Assembly (NCBI GenBank): GCA_964447605.1
Contig: CAYUTA010000006.1
Location: 6,118 to 70,117, forward strand
Direction: 5' to 3'
DNA length: 64,000 nt
Source: an uncultured Oscillospiraceae bacterium
Lineage (GTDB): Bacteria; Bacillota; Clostridia; Christensenellales; CAG-138
The notes beneath the pieces were generated by a model, which saw only the letters and a list, made by a program, of their open reading frames with translations, was not told the DNA's origin and made no database searches. How positions within the stretch are numbered: the first letter of the stretch is position 1; every line of letters starts with the position of its first letter. Shown here piece by piece: positions 8,746-17,419 of the stretch. The translations under genes were made by a program, and so were the position numbers.

Positions 8746-9068
8746 ACCAGCCCGCCAAGCCGGACGCACAACTCGTAGGCCGAGAGCGGGCTTTTGAGAA
8801 TGTTCACGCCGCGCGCACGCGCCGTATCCGCAACGCCCGCGTCGGGCTGCACGCCCTCGGCAAGCACAATGCACGCCACGTCCGTCAATGCCGCCACCGC
8901 GACAATATTGTTGTTGGACATGATCGTTACCCAAGCTTCGTCGGCCTGCGCGCGCCCCATAACCCAACTGAGCAGATCGCCGGTATAGCCGCCCGCCACC
9001 GTGCGCTCCCCGTCGCAAAGTACGATAGGCTCCAGTTCCAGGTCGTTGCAAAGCTCGCGCACCGTCAT
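8742..9068 (-). CDS. DRTGG domain-containing protein (paralog 2)
   Basis: ORF 8742..9197 trimmed to MTVRELCNDL (ATG 9068), which forms an ATGA overlap with the HydS-like gene stop. The block GGYTGDLLSWVM..WVTIMSNNNIVAVAAL..IVLAEG follows the typical DRTGG layout. Confidence 0.75.
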   Translation of the reverse strand: MTVRELCNDLELEPIVLCDGERTVAGGYTGDLLSWVMGRAQADEAWVTIMSNNNIVAVAALTDVACIVLAEGVQPDAGVADTARARGVNILKSPLSAYELCVRLGGLV

Positions 9069-10363
9069 TTGTCCCCATCCTCCTGCCGGCGCAGCAGCGC
9101 ATGGATTCGCTCGCGCATATACACGATGCACTCGTCCACCGTCCGCTCTCCGCGCACAATGTCCTCCGCAAACGCCCGGCAGGTCGGCGCGCCGCACGAG
9201 CCGCAGTCCAGCGCGGGCAGCGACTCCGTGATGGCCTCGATTTCCGACATCTTTTGCAGTGCCGCGTTCATGTCCTCATCCAGCTTGCTTACGGGCTGGT
9301 ATTCCAGCTCCTCGGCAAAAAGCACGCGCTGCGGCAGATAGTCCGGACTGTCCTCCTCCACCTTGGGCAGGCGGTTTTGCGAAACCGGAAGATACCGCCT
9401 GAGCGTTTGCAGGCGCACGCGCGCAATGTAGGGATTTTCCACTGTCGCAACGCCGCCGACGCATCCGCCGTTGCAGGCGTTGAGCTCCACAAATTCCAGG
9501 AGCGGGAAATGTCCCGTTTCGATCTCGTCCAGCACACGGATGACGTTCTCGATCCCATCCGCGGCCAGATAGCGGTCGTTGAGCAGCGCGGACGACTCGC
9601 CGCCCGTGCTCGCCCAGCTCATGCCGATCATGCCGCTCCTGCTCACGGCTTTGGGAGGGCGCTCCTTGCTCATCTGCCCGATGAGCTTAAAATAGATATC
9701 GCTCATGGACACCACGTAATCCACGTTGGAACGCTTGCCCATGAATCCGTTTTTTACGTAGCTCGCCTTGGCCGGACAGGGCGAAATGAATACCACCGCC
9801 ACATCCTCCGGCTTGAGCGAAGGATTCTTTTTGAGCGCTGCGGCGCGCGCCATCTCGCCCGCCACCTCGACCGGAGGCATCAGGGGAATCACATGGTCGC
9901 ACAAATAGGGGAACCGCAGGCTGATCAGCCGCACGATCACCGGGCAGGCGGAATTGATGATCGGCCGCGCCATGTCGGCCGTCTTGATATACCGGCGCGT
10001 ATACTCGCTCACAAGCTCCGCGGCGCAGGCAACCTCGAACACGTCGTCAAAACCGATATCCAGCAGGCCCTGCAACACATAGTCCACATCGTCGAGATTT
10101 TCAAACTGTCCATACAGCGACGGCGCGGGCAGGGCGATGCGGTACTTCCCCGCGTCAATGTCCTCAAAATGGTCAAACGTCGCCTTTTTCGCCTTATAGG
10201 GGCAGACGCGGATACACTCGCCGCAATCAATGCAAACAGCGGAGTTGATGACCGCATGTCCCTCGCGGATGCGGATGGCCTCCGTAGGACAGCGCTTGAG
10301 GCAGTTGGTGCAGCCCTTACATTTTTCCGTGTCGAGCGATACCGAATGCTTGTACCCTTCCAT
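9065..10363 (-). CDS. putative sensory [FeFe]-hydrogenase-like protein (HydS-like, no PAS domain)
   Basis: ORF trimmed to MEGYKHSVSLD (ATG 10363). N-terminal 2x[4Fe-4S] (CKGCTNCLKRCP, CIDCGECIRVCP). H-domain motifs are NSACPVIV, ISPCPAK and ELNACNGGCVGG. The C-terminal extra motif is CGSCGAPTC-x16-C. Confidence 0.85.
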   Translation of the reverse strand: MEGYKHSVSLDTEKCKGCTNCLKRCPTEAIRIREGHAVINSAVCIDCGECIRVCPYKAKKATFDHFEDIDAGKYRIALPAPSLYGQFENLDDVDYVLQGLLDIGFDDVFEVACAAELVSEYTRRYIKTADMARPIINSACPVIVRLISLRFPYLCDHVIPLMPPVEVAGEMARAAALKKNPSLKPEDVAVVFISPCPAKASYVKNGFMGKRSNVDYVVSMSDIYFKLIGQMSKERPPKAVSRSGMIGMSWASTGGESSALLNDRYLAADGIENVIRVLDEIETGHFPLLEFVELNACNGGCVGGVATVENPYIARVRLQTLRRYLPVSQNRLPKVEEDSPDYLPQRVLFAEELEYQPVSKLDEDMNAALQKMSEIEAITESLPALDCGSCGAPTCRAFAEDIVRGERTVDECIVYMRERIHALLRRQEDGDK

Positions 10364-10412
10364 GTTCCGACCCTTTATGTTTATTCCAATTGCCGCCGGT
10401 TCCGGCGCGGCG

Positions 10413-10838
10413 TCACGCCACAAACACCTTCATGGTGACGGTCGTGCCCTTGCCGACCTCGGATGCAATCTCCATGCTGTCAGTATATCGTTTCATGTTC
10501 GGCAGGCCCATCCCCGCGCCAAAACCCAGCGCACGGATATTATCCGGTGCGGTGGAATACCCTTCCTGCATGGCAAGTTCAATGTCCTTAATGCCCGGTC
10601 CCTCGTCGGTCAACACGATGGTGATGCAGTGCGTGTCGACAAACACTTCCGCCTTGCCGCCGCGCGCATGCACAACCATGTTGATCTCGCCTTCATACAT
10701 CGCAATGGACACCCGCCTGATCACCTCGGCCGAAAAGCCAAGCTGACGCAGCTTTTTTTTAACCTCCACAGACGCGGCGCCCGCGGACGTGAAGTTATCG
10801 CCGTCCACATCAAAGTGAAATCTCAGCGCGCCGTCCAT
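10413..10838 (-). CDS. anti-sigma-factor-type Ser/Thr kinase-like GHKL ATPase (RsbW/SpoIIAB-like)
   Basis: ATG 10838 lies 10 nt after GGAG; the ORF-track start at 10847 is a GTG overlapping the upstream stop. Motifs: TDEGPGI and GFGAGMGLPNM. Confidence 0.75.
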   Translation of the reverse strand: MDGALRFHFDVDGDNFTSAGAASVEVKKKLRQLGFSAEVIRRVSIAMYEGEINMVVHARGGKAEVFVDTHCITIVLTDEGPGIKDIELAMQEGYSTAPDNIRALGFGAGMGLPNMKRYTDSMEIASEVGKGTTVTMKVFVA

Positions 10839-10843
10839 GCCAA

Positions 10844-11188
10844 TCACACTCCGTTGCCAAGTCCTGCGGCATACAGCTTGCCGCAGGACTCATACATACG
10901 GTTCTGCGTACACAGCACCACAATATGGCTTTCCTGCGCCAGCTCGATCATTTCCGGCGTGGGGCGCTTGCTGCGCACAAACACCAGGCAGCGCATGTCC
11001 ATCATCATGGCCGTGCGAACCACCTGCGGATTGACCAGTCCCGTCAGCAGCACTGCCTGATCCTTGACATAGGCCAGCACGTCGCTCATCATGTCGCTCC
11101 CGCAGGCGGAAAGCGTCTCCTCCTCCAGCAGTTCCCCACAACAGAGCACCTCTGCGTCGAGCAATTCGGCAATCTGTCGAATTTTCAT
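10844..11188 (-). CDS. DRTGG domain-containing protein (paralog 1)
   Basis: ORF trimmed to MKIRQIAELL (ATG 11188, GGAGGG RBS). The block SDMMSDVLAYVK..VLLTGLVNPQVVRTA..LVFVRS has the same layout as the 8742..9068 protein. Confidence 0.7.
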   Translation of the reverse strand: MKIRQIAELLDAEVLCCGELLEEETLSACGSDMMSDVLAYVKDQAVLLTGLVNPQVVRTAMMMDMRCLVFVRSKRPTPEMIELAQESHIVVLCTQNRMYESCGKLYAAGLGNGV

Positions 11189-11224
11189 CCGTTTCCCTCC
11201 GTCCGTTACTGGGCGCAAGCGTGG

Positions 11225-11719
11225 TTATCGATATTTGGCGACAATACCCTTGATATCCTCGGGGACAAGACGTCCGTATACCTCGTCGTCGATCATCAGG
11301 ACCGGCGCAAGGCCGCAGCAGCCGAGGCAGCGCGTTGCTTCCAGCGTGAAAACGCCGTCCTGCGTGGTGCCGCCCGCCTTTACGCCAAGCTCCTTTTCCA
11401 ATTCATCGAGGATGACCTGCGCGCCCTTGACGTAGCAAGCCGTTCCGAGGCACACGGCAACGCGGTGTTTGCCGGTGGGGTTGAGCGCAAACTGGGCATA
11501 GAACGTGACAACCTGATAAACCTCTTCAAGTGATACGCCCAAGCCCTCGGCGATGATGGTTTGCACCTCGACCGGCAGGTAACCGTAGATTTCCTGCGCC
11601 TTTTGCAGCACCGGCATCATTGCGCCCTGCGTATCCTTATAGCTGGCGATCACTTCTCTGAGCTGTTTCTCCTGCTCTGCCGTCCCCTGAAAGGGCACAA
11701 CAGTCTTTTGCTTTGCCAT
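11225..11719 (-). CDS. NuoE-like thioredoxin-fold [2Fe-2S] subunit (HndA/HydC)
   Basis: 164 aa with the NuoE Cys pattern CLGTACYVKGA and RCLGCCGLAP. GAGGAGG RBS. It is the first gene of the operon. Confidence 0.9.
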   Translation of the reverse strand: MAKQKTVVPFQGTAEQEKQLREVIASYKDTQGAMMPVLQKAQEIYGYLPVEVQTIIAEGLGVSLEEVYQVVTFYAQFALNPTGKHRVAVCLGTACYVKGAQVILDELEKELGVKAGGTTQDGVFTLEATRCLGCCGLAPVLMIDDEVYGRLVPEDIKGIVAKYR

Positions 11720-11772
11720 ATGCGTCCTCCTCGATCGAATGATATGTATGTAGGGGTATATTACCGATGCTC

Positions 11773-11801
11773 ATTATACCATATGCGTATGGACAAACCA
11801 A
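11773..11801 (-). promoter_or_regulatory. candidate promoter of the hydrogenase operon
   Basis: On the minus strand: TTGGTT (11801-11796), 17-nt spacer, extended -10 TGgTATAAT (-10 hexamer at 11778-11773), about 55 nt upstream of the nuoE-like ATG. Confidence 0.5.
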
Positions 11802-12058
11802 GCAAAAAATAATCTTTTATCGATTTTTTCATATAGGAATCATTTCCTGTCAAAGCAAAAAAAAGACCGCGATTCAGAGCGTTGTTTTGAAAACCACAGG
11901 GACGCGCGCGCAGGCTATCGCCACGCGGCCTCAGCGTACGGTACAAGGCCGCCTCCGCCGATGTTTTCCATCTCGGCACACGCTTGCTTTTCCGGGTGCG
12001 AGGCCGCAGGTTTCTCCCCTCGCGGCGCCGCTTTCGTTACATGATTTCCAGCGCTCTG

Positions 12059-12097
12059 AAAAGGGGCCGCCATTGCTGGTCGGCCCCTTTTCGTTTT
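12059..12097. terminator. bidirectional intrinsic terminator (ends the permease transcript)
   Basis: AAAAGGGGCCG-ccattgctggt-CGGCCCCTTTT. The GC stem is flanked by an A-tract and a T-tract, about 50 nt downstream of the permease stop. Confidence 0.7.
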
Positions 12098-12143
12098 GAA
12101 ACGAGAAATGGAGTGCTTGGGGTATTTGGGAAACCGGTTATGC

Positions 12144-13421
12144 TTACAGGTCCACCCCGGTGAACTCGTAGTCCTTGCCCGGCAGCAACGCGTTTACAAG
12201 AACGCCAACCACCGCGGCAACCGCCAGGCCGCCGAAGGACAGCGGGCCAATCGCCAGCGGCGCCGCATTGAAGCCGAGACCGCAGACCAGAATCAACGCC
12301 GCGACAAGGACGTTTCTCATGTTCTTAAAGTCCACCTTGTTCTCCACGATGGTACGGATACCGGTTGCGGAGATCATGCCGTAGAGCACGACCGACACGC
12401 CGCCGATGATCGACCACGGAATCGTGTTGATGAACGCGTCGAAGATTGCGACAAACGAGAGGATGATCGTCATGCAGGCAGCGATAAACATGACCTTCGG
12501 GTCATACACCCTGGTCAGCGCGACAACGCCGGTGTTCTCGGAATACGTCGTGTTGGCCGGTCCACCGAGGCAGCCCGCAATCGACGTTGCGATACCGTCG
12601 CCAAGCAGCGTGCGGGTGAGGCCCGGGTCGGCGATGAAGTTCTTGCCGCAGGTCGCGCCGATGGCGCAGATGTCGCCGATGTGCTCGATCATGGCCGCAA
12701 GCGCAACCACGACGAATGTGACAATCGCGCCGATCTCAAACTTTGGCAGGAAGAACGGCGGCACCGAAACAATGGCCGCGCCCTGCAGGCTTGAGAAGTC
12801 CACCCAGGGCAGCCCGAACAGATTCGGGTTGATCAGGGTGATGATGCAGCCGATGATGTATGCGCCGAAGATACCGATGAGGATCGGCAGGATCTTGATC
12901 ATGCCCTTGCCAAACAGGTTGACGCAGATGATGATCGCAATGGCGATGATTGCCAGAATCCAGTTGGCCGACGCACTCGAGATGCCGGTCGGAGCAAGGA
13001 TCAGACCGATGAGGATGATGATCGGGCCTGTAACCACGGGCGGGAAAAGGCGCATGACGCGCTTGGGCCCGAAGACCTGGAACAGGATGGCCAGAATCAC
13101 ATACACAGCGCCCGCGCACACAACGCCGCCGGTTGCATACGGCAGCATCGCCGGATCTCCGTTTGCTACGGATGCAAACGCACCGAGGAACGCAAACGAG
13201 GAGCCCAGGAATACGGGAATCTTCCGCTTGGTGATGAAAAAGAACCAGAGCGTACCGATGCCGGCGCAGAACAGCGTTACGGCTACGGACAGACCCGTGA
13301 GCAAGGGGACGAGCACCGTGGCGCCGAACATGGCAAAGACGTGCTGGAGGCCGAGAATGAGCATTTTGCCCGTTCCAAGCTCTTTAAAGCCATCATAAAT
13401 GCCTTCAACTTTGTTTTCCAT
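12144..13421 (-). CDS. NCS2-family nucleobase:cation symporter (uracil/xanthine permease, UraA/PyrP-like)
   Basis: 425 aa polytopic protein. Motifs LGLQHVFAMFGATVLVPLLTG and IPVFLGSSFAFL match the uracil-xanthine permease family. AGGAGG RBS. Confidence 0.9.
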   Translation of the reverse strand: MENKVEGIYDGFKELGTGKMLILGLQHVFAMFGATVLVPLLTGLSVAVTLFCAGIGTLWFFFITKRKIPVFLGSSFAFLGAFASVANGDPAMLPYATGGVVCAGAVYVILAILFQVFGPKRVMRLFPPVVTGPIIILIGLILAPTGISSASANWILAIIAIAIIICVNLFGKGMIKILPILIGIFGAYIIGCIITLINPNLFGLPWVDFSSLQGAAIVSVPPFFLPKFEIGAIVTFVVVALAAMIEHIGDICAIGATCGKNFIADPGLTRTLLGDGIATSIAGCLGGPANTTYSENTGVVALTRVYDPKVMFIAACMTIILSFVAIFDAFINTIPWSIIGGVSVVLYGMISATGIRTIVENKVDFKNMRNVLVAALILVCGLGFNAAPLAIGPLSFGGLAVAAVVGVLVNALLPGKDYEFTGVDL

Positions 13422-13671
13422 TGAATTACCTCCTAATAAATTTGATTAGGTCTCCATTTCTCCCGTTATATCAAGAGCTTGCGCCCTATGATACCGTTTT
13501 GACGATACGCTTTCCCCTCCCGAGGGAAAGCGTCGGATTTGTATATAAGCACAATTTTCGAGCCGAGATTAAGAATTTTCCAGATAGGGTGTTTACTCTG
13601 CCTTGCGGTTATCACCCGGTAAGAGGAGGGGGGGCAATCCCCCATCCCGCTTACCAAGTAATTATACAACA

Positions 13672-16020
13672 TTATTTGTTGTTTGTCACCCCTTTTCGTT
13701 CGCGCAGCGCCGCAAGCACGTCGTCCGGCGTGATCGGCATGCGGTTGAAACGTACGCCGATGGCATTGTATACGGCGTTTGCAATGGCCGGCGCGCCGGG
13801 TACCATCAACGGCTCTCCGACGCCGCGCGCGCCGTAAGGCCCGGTGGGTTCCGCATGCTCGACGTACTTCACGATCATCTCGGGGATATCGTCGGCGGTC
13901 GGGATCTTGTAATCGACAAAGGATTTATTGAGCACCTTGCCATCCTTGAGCTTGAGCTCTTCAAAGATCGCCGTGCCGAGCGCCTGCACCATCGCGCCCT
14001 CGCTCTGTGCGCAGAACAGCGCCGGATTGATCACCTTACCTGCGTCAAAGCAGCTGGCCATCTTCAACACCTTGATATGCCCGGTCTCGGTATCCACCTC
14101 GACCTCGGCGCCGTTGACGCCCATCGTCCAGAACGCCGCCGGATGATGCTTGGCAACGCCCGTCTTCTTATCGGTATTGATATTGTTCTCGAGCGTGAAC
14201 GAACCGACGCCGATGGCCGGGCCGCCGTAGCCGGAGCCGTCATCAAACGCAACGCCAAGCGCAAAGTCGGAGATCGGCAGCCGGCGCTCAGGGTAAATCC
14301 TATGCATCACATAGCCGTCCTCGAACTTTAGGTCGCGCTTGACCGCGCCCATCTTGACCTGCGCAAGGTCAAGCACCTTATCGACCAGATCCTCCGCCGC
14401 CAGCTTCACCGCATTGCCCGCACAGTAGGTGGTGCGGCTTGCGACCGTCTGCCACTCGTACGGGGTATGGTCGGTATCGCCGGAGCAGAACGTGATCTTG
14501 TCGGGCGAAACGGAGAGCACCTCTGCCGCGATCTGGGGCAGCACGGTGGCCGCGCCCTGACCGATCTCCTGTCCGCTGCTCATAAGGAAGAACGTACCGT
14601 CCTCGTTCATGCGGATGATGGCGGCGCTGCCCGCGTTGGTGGGCATGGAGGGCGATTTCCAGCCGCTGGCAATGCCCTTCGCGCGAATTCTAGTCGGGCT
14701 TCCCGTCGGTTCGCAGGGCTTGTCGTACTCGATGTCCTTGAGAACGGTTTCAAGGCATTCCTGGAAGCCCGCAACGTCCATGCGTTCGCCCATACCGGTG
14801 TGGCCGCCGGGGCGCAGGCCGTTGATGCGGCGGAGCTCCACCTCCGATATCCCCATTTCCTTTGCAATTTCATCGACATTCTGTTCGATGGCAAAGTGGA
14901 TTTCACACATACCGAAGCCGCGGTACGGGCCGCCGACCGGATGGTTGGTATAGACGCAGTAGCTGTCCGTCCAGACGTTGTCGACGTCATACGGACCGGC
15001 GGAGGCCCATCCGCCCGCTTTGGTGATGTTTACGCCATACTCGGTGTAGGCGCCGCCGTCCCAGATGAAGTCGTTCTTCACGCCGAGAATCTTACCGTCG
15101 TTTCGCATGGCTGTCTTGATGGTGGCGTGCATGCCCTGCCGTACATACGCGTTGACAAACTCGTCCTCGCGGGTATACACCAGCTTGACCGGGCGGCCCG
15201 CGCAGTGCCTGGCAAGCGGAATCACGATGCCCTCGAGCGTAGTGCCGGCCTTGCTGCCAAACCCGCCGCCCACCGTGGGCGAGATGACGCGGATTTTGTT
15301 GAGCGGCATGGCAAACGCCACCGAAAGCGCCTGACGTACCGCGTACGGAGACTGGCAGCTCGCCCAGACGGTCAGCTTGCCGTCGGCCTCGTACTTGGCC
15401 ATGCAGGCGTGCGGCTCAAGCGGCACATGCTGTACGTGCGGGATATAGTAGCTATGCTCGAATACCTTGTCGGCCTTCCTGCATGCCTCGTCGAAATCGC
15501 CCTTGCGCAACACATAGTGATGCGAGATGTTTGTCCCCGGCACCGGGTAGAAGATCGGCGCGACCTTGTAGCTGCCCAACTCCGGATGGATGACGGGCGC
15601 ATCGGGCTTCATGCCCTCCACGGCGTTGGTCACCGCGGGAAGTTCCTCGTACTTGACCTTGATGAGGTCGCACGCAGCCTGCGCAATCTCCGGCGTTTCC
15701 GCCGCAACGGCCGCAACGGCCTCGCCCATGTATTTGGCGGTATCGCCCGGCTTTGCCATGAAATAGCGGTCTTCGAGATACAGGCCCGCGCGGTTTGGAT
15801 ATTCATCGCCGCAGATGCAGCAGCGCACGCCCGGCAGCTTTTTCGCCTCCGTCATGTCGACGGAAAGAATCCTGGCATGGGCATAGGGGCTGCGCACGCA
15901 CTGGGCGTACAGCATGCGCGGCAGATGGATATCGTCGACATACTCGGCGGCGCCGGTGACCTTTTTAATCGCGTCGGAACGCTGGTAGGCCTTGCCCACA
16001 TGCTTGAGCTCTTCCATCAC
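13672..16020 (-). CDS. xanthine dehydrogenase-family molybdopterin-binding large subunit (set 1)
   Basis: 782 aa. N-terminal KKVTGAAEYVDD hammerhead region, plus GGGFGSK and GARGVGEP blocks. The start forms an ATGA overlap with the 2Fe-2S subunit stop. Confidence 0.9.
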   Translation of the reverse strand: MMEELKHVGKAYQRSDAIKKVTGAAEYVDDIHLPRMLYAQCVRSPYAHARILSVDMTEAKKLPGVRCCICGDEYPNRAGLYLEDRYFMAKPGDTAKYMGEAVAAVAAETPEIAQAACDLIKVKYEELPAVTNAVEGMKPDAPVIHPELGSYKVAPIFYPVPGTNISHHYVLRKGDFDEACRKADKVFEHSYYIPHVQHVPLEPHACMAKYEADGKLTVWASCQSPYAVRQALSVAFAMPLNKIRVISPTVGGGFGSKAGTTLEGIVIPLARHCAGRPVKLVYTREDEFVNAYVRQGMHATIKTAMRNDGKILGVKNDFIWDGGAYTEYGVNITKAGGWASAGPYDVDNVWTDSYCVYTNHPVGGPYRGFGMCEIHFAIEQNVDEIAKEMGISEVELRRINGLRPGGHTGMGERMDVAGFQECLETVLKDIEYDKPCEPTGSPTRIRAKGIASGWKSPSMPTNAGSAAIIRMNEDGTFFLMSSGQEIGQGAATVLPQIAAEVLSVSPDKITFCSGDTDHTPYEWQTVASRTTYCAGNAVKLAAEDLVDKVLDLAQVKMGAVKRDLKFEDGYVMHRIYPERRLPISDFALGVAFDDGSGYGGPAIGVGSFTLENNINTDKKTGVAKHHPAAFWTMGVNGAEVEVDTETGHIKVLKMASCFDAGKVINPALFCAQSEGAMVQALGTAIFEELKLKDGKVLNKSFVDYKIPTADDIPEMIVKYVEHAEPTGPYGARGVGEPLMVPGAPAIANAVYNAIGVRFNRMPITPDDVLAALRERKGVTNNK

Positions 16021-16514
16021 TTTGCGCCTCCTTTCGCTTGGCTCTGGTTGGCCACGTCCTCGATGGCCTCAATGATGCGGATATACCCCGTGCAGCGGCA
16101 CAGGTTGCCGGAGATGGCGCTTTTAATCTCGTCGCGCGTGGGATGTGGGTTCTCGTTGAGCAGCGCCGTGCCGGACATGACGAAGCCCGGGGTGCAAAAA
16201 CCGCACTGCAGCGCCGCATGGTCGACAAACGCCTTTTGCAGCGGCGAAAGGTTGCCGTCGCGGTCGGCGATGCCCTCGATGGTGGTGATGTGCATGCCGT
16301 CCATTTCCGGCGCCAGCACAAGGCAGGCGTTGATGGGCTTGCCGTCGACAATGACCGTGCAGGCGCCGCATTCACCCGCGCCGCAGCCGACCTTGGTGCC
16401 GGTTAAGTGCAGTTCGTCTCGGATAACGTTGAGCATGGTACGGTTTGCCGGCACATCCAGCTCCACCGGTTCATCGTTGACGTAGAACTTCACAGGATAC
16501 TTCTTCATGCTCAC
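16017..16514 (-). CDS. XDH-family [2Fe-2S]-binding small subunit (set 1)
   Basis: Motifs CGAGECGACTV, CGFCTPGF and CRCTGY. The start overlaps the stop of the FAD subunit gene. Confidence 0.9.
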   Translation of the reverse strand: MSMKKYPVKFYVNDEPVELDVPANRTMLNVIRDELHLTGTKVGCGAGECGACTVIVDGKPINACLVLAPEMDGMHITTIEGIADRDGNLSPLQKAFVDHAALQCGFCTPGFVMSGTALLNENPHPTRDEIKSAISGNLCRCTGYIRIIEAIEDVANQSQAKGGAK

Positions 16515-17362
16515 TTCGCCTCCTCCTTTCCGCTGAGCGTACGCAGACCGCCACGCACCAGCGACCCGACCACGTCAAGCCGGTACGCCTTGGACGCGCG
16601 CACGTCGTCGATGGGCGATACCTCGGTGCACGCAAGCTGCGCGGCCTCCTCAATTAGCCTGTCGTCGAGCGCCCTGCCCTTCAGCAACGCCTCGGTCTTT
16701 TTCAGGCGCACGGGCGTAGGCGCGACTGCGCCGAACGCAAGCCGGTATTCGCCGTTGACCAGCGCCACAGTGGAGCAAATGGTCGAAAGATCGACCTCCC
16801 TACGCCGCGCCACCTTGGTGAATATCCCCTTGGTTCCCTCTACGTACGGAACCTTGATGGCGGTGACGATTTCATCCGGCCGCAACACGGTTTTTCGCAC
16901 GAATGTAATGAATTCCGTGATCGGAACCTCGCGCTTGCCCGCCTTACCCTCGATGCAGACGGTTGCATCCAGCGCATACAGCGGCGTGCCCGTATCGCAC
17001 AACGGCGACGCGTTGATAATGTTTCCTGCGCAGGTGGCGCGGTTACGCACCTGCTTGCTGCCAAGCGACAGCGCCGCCTCGGACAGGAACGGGTAATACG
17101 CCTTGACGTCGGCGTGTCCGCCCAATTCGTTGGCCGTGACGCACGCGCCAATTTTCAGTCCGTCCGCCTTGCTGAACGCGATGCCGTACAGTTCGGGAAT
17201 CCCCTTGATATCGATGATGTAATCCGGCTGAATCAGGCGCTCGCGCAGCTGAATTACAATGTCCGTACCGCCGTTATACACCACGGCGGCGGCGCCATAT
17301 TGCTCCCGGAGCGCAATGGCCTCGCCGATGGTCTTCGGCTGTAAAAATTCAAACTCGTTCAT
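16511..17362 (-). CDS. XDH-family FAD-binding subunit (CO dehydrogenase flavoprotein-like, set 1)
   Basis: ORF trimmed to MNEFEFLQPKT (ATG 17362, GGAGGG RBS). Contains the NGGTDIVIQLR and CAGNIINASP blocks. Confidence 0.85.
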   Translation of the reverse strand: MNEFEFLQPKTIGEAIALREQYGAAAVVYNGGTDIVIQLRERLIQPDYIIDIKGIPELYGIAFSKADGLKIGACVTANELGGHADVKAYYPFLSEAALSLGSKQVRNRATCAGNIINASPLCDTGTPLYALDATVCIEGKAGKREVPITEFITFVRKTVLRPDEIVTAIKVPYVEGTKGIFTKVARRREVDLSTICSTVALVNGEYRLAFGAVAPTPVRLKKTEALLKGRALDDRLIEEAAQLACTEVSPIDDVRASKAYRLDVVGSLVRGGLRTLSGKEEAK

Positions 17363-17419
17363 TCGCAACCCTCCAAAAACGACTGTGTGTCCAAACGGCC
17401 GCATCGCGTGTTGAAGACG

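Noticed and set aside
8011-9171. Long N-terminal extensions of the PHP (386 aa), DRTGG (151 aa), GHKL (214 aa) and other operon ORFs
   Set aside because: The extensions overlap the preceding genes out of frame. Internal ATGs that form ATGA overlaps give family-typical N-termini such as MKRFACDLHVHS and MTVRELCNDL.
14467-16485. 672-aa plus-strand ORF antisense to the XDH large and small subunits (similar cases: 13603..14331, 16407..17096)
   Set aside because: It is antisense to genes with clear family motifs, has an Arg/Ala/Gly-biased composition and crosses a gene boundary on the other strand.
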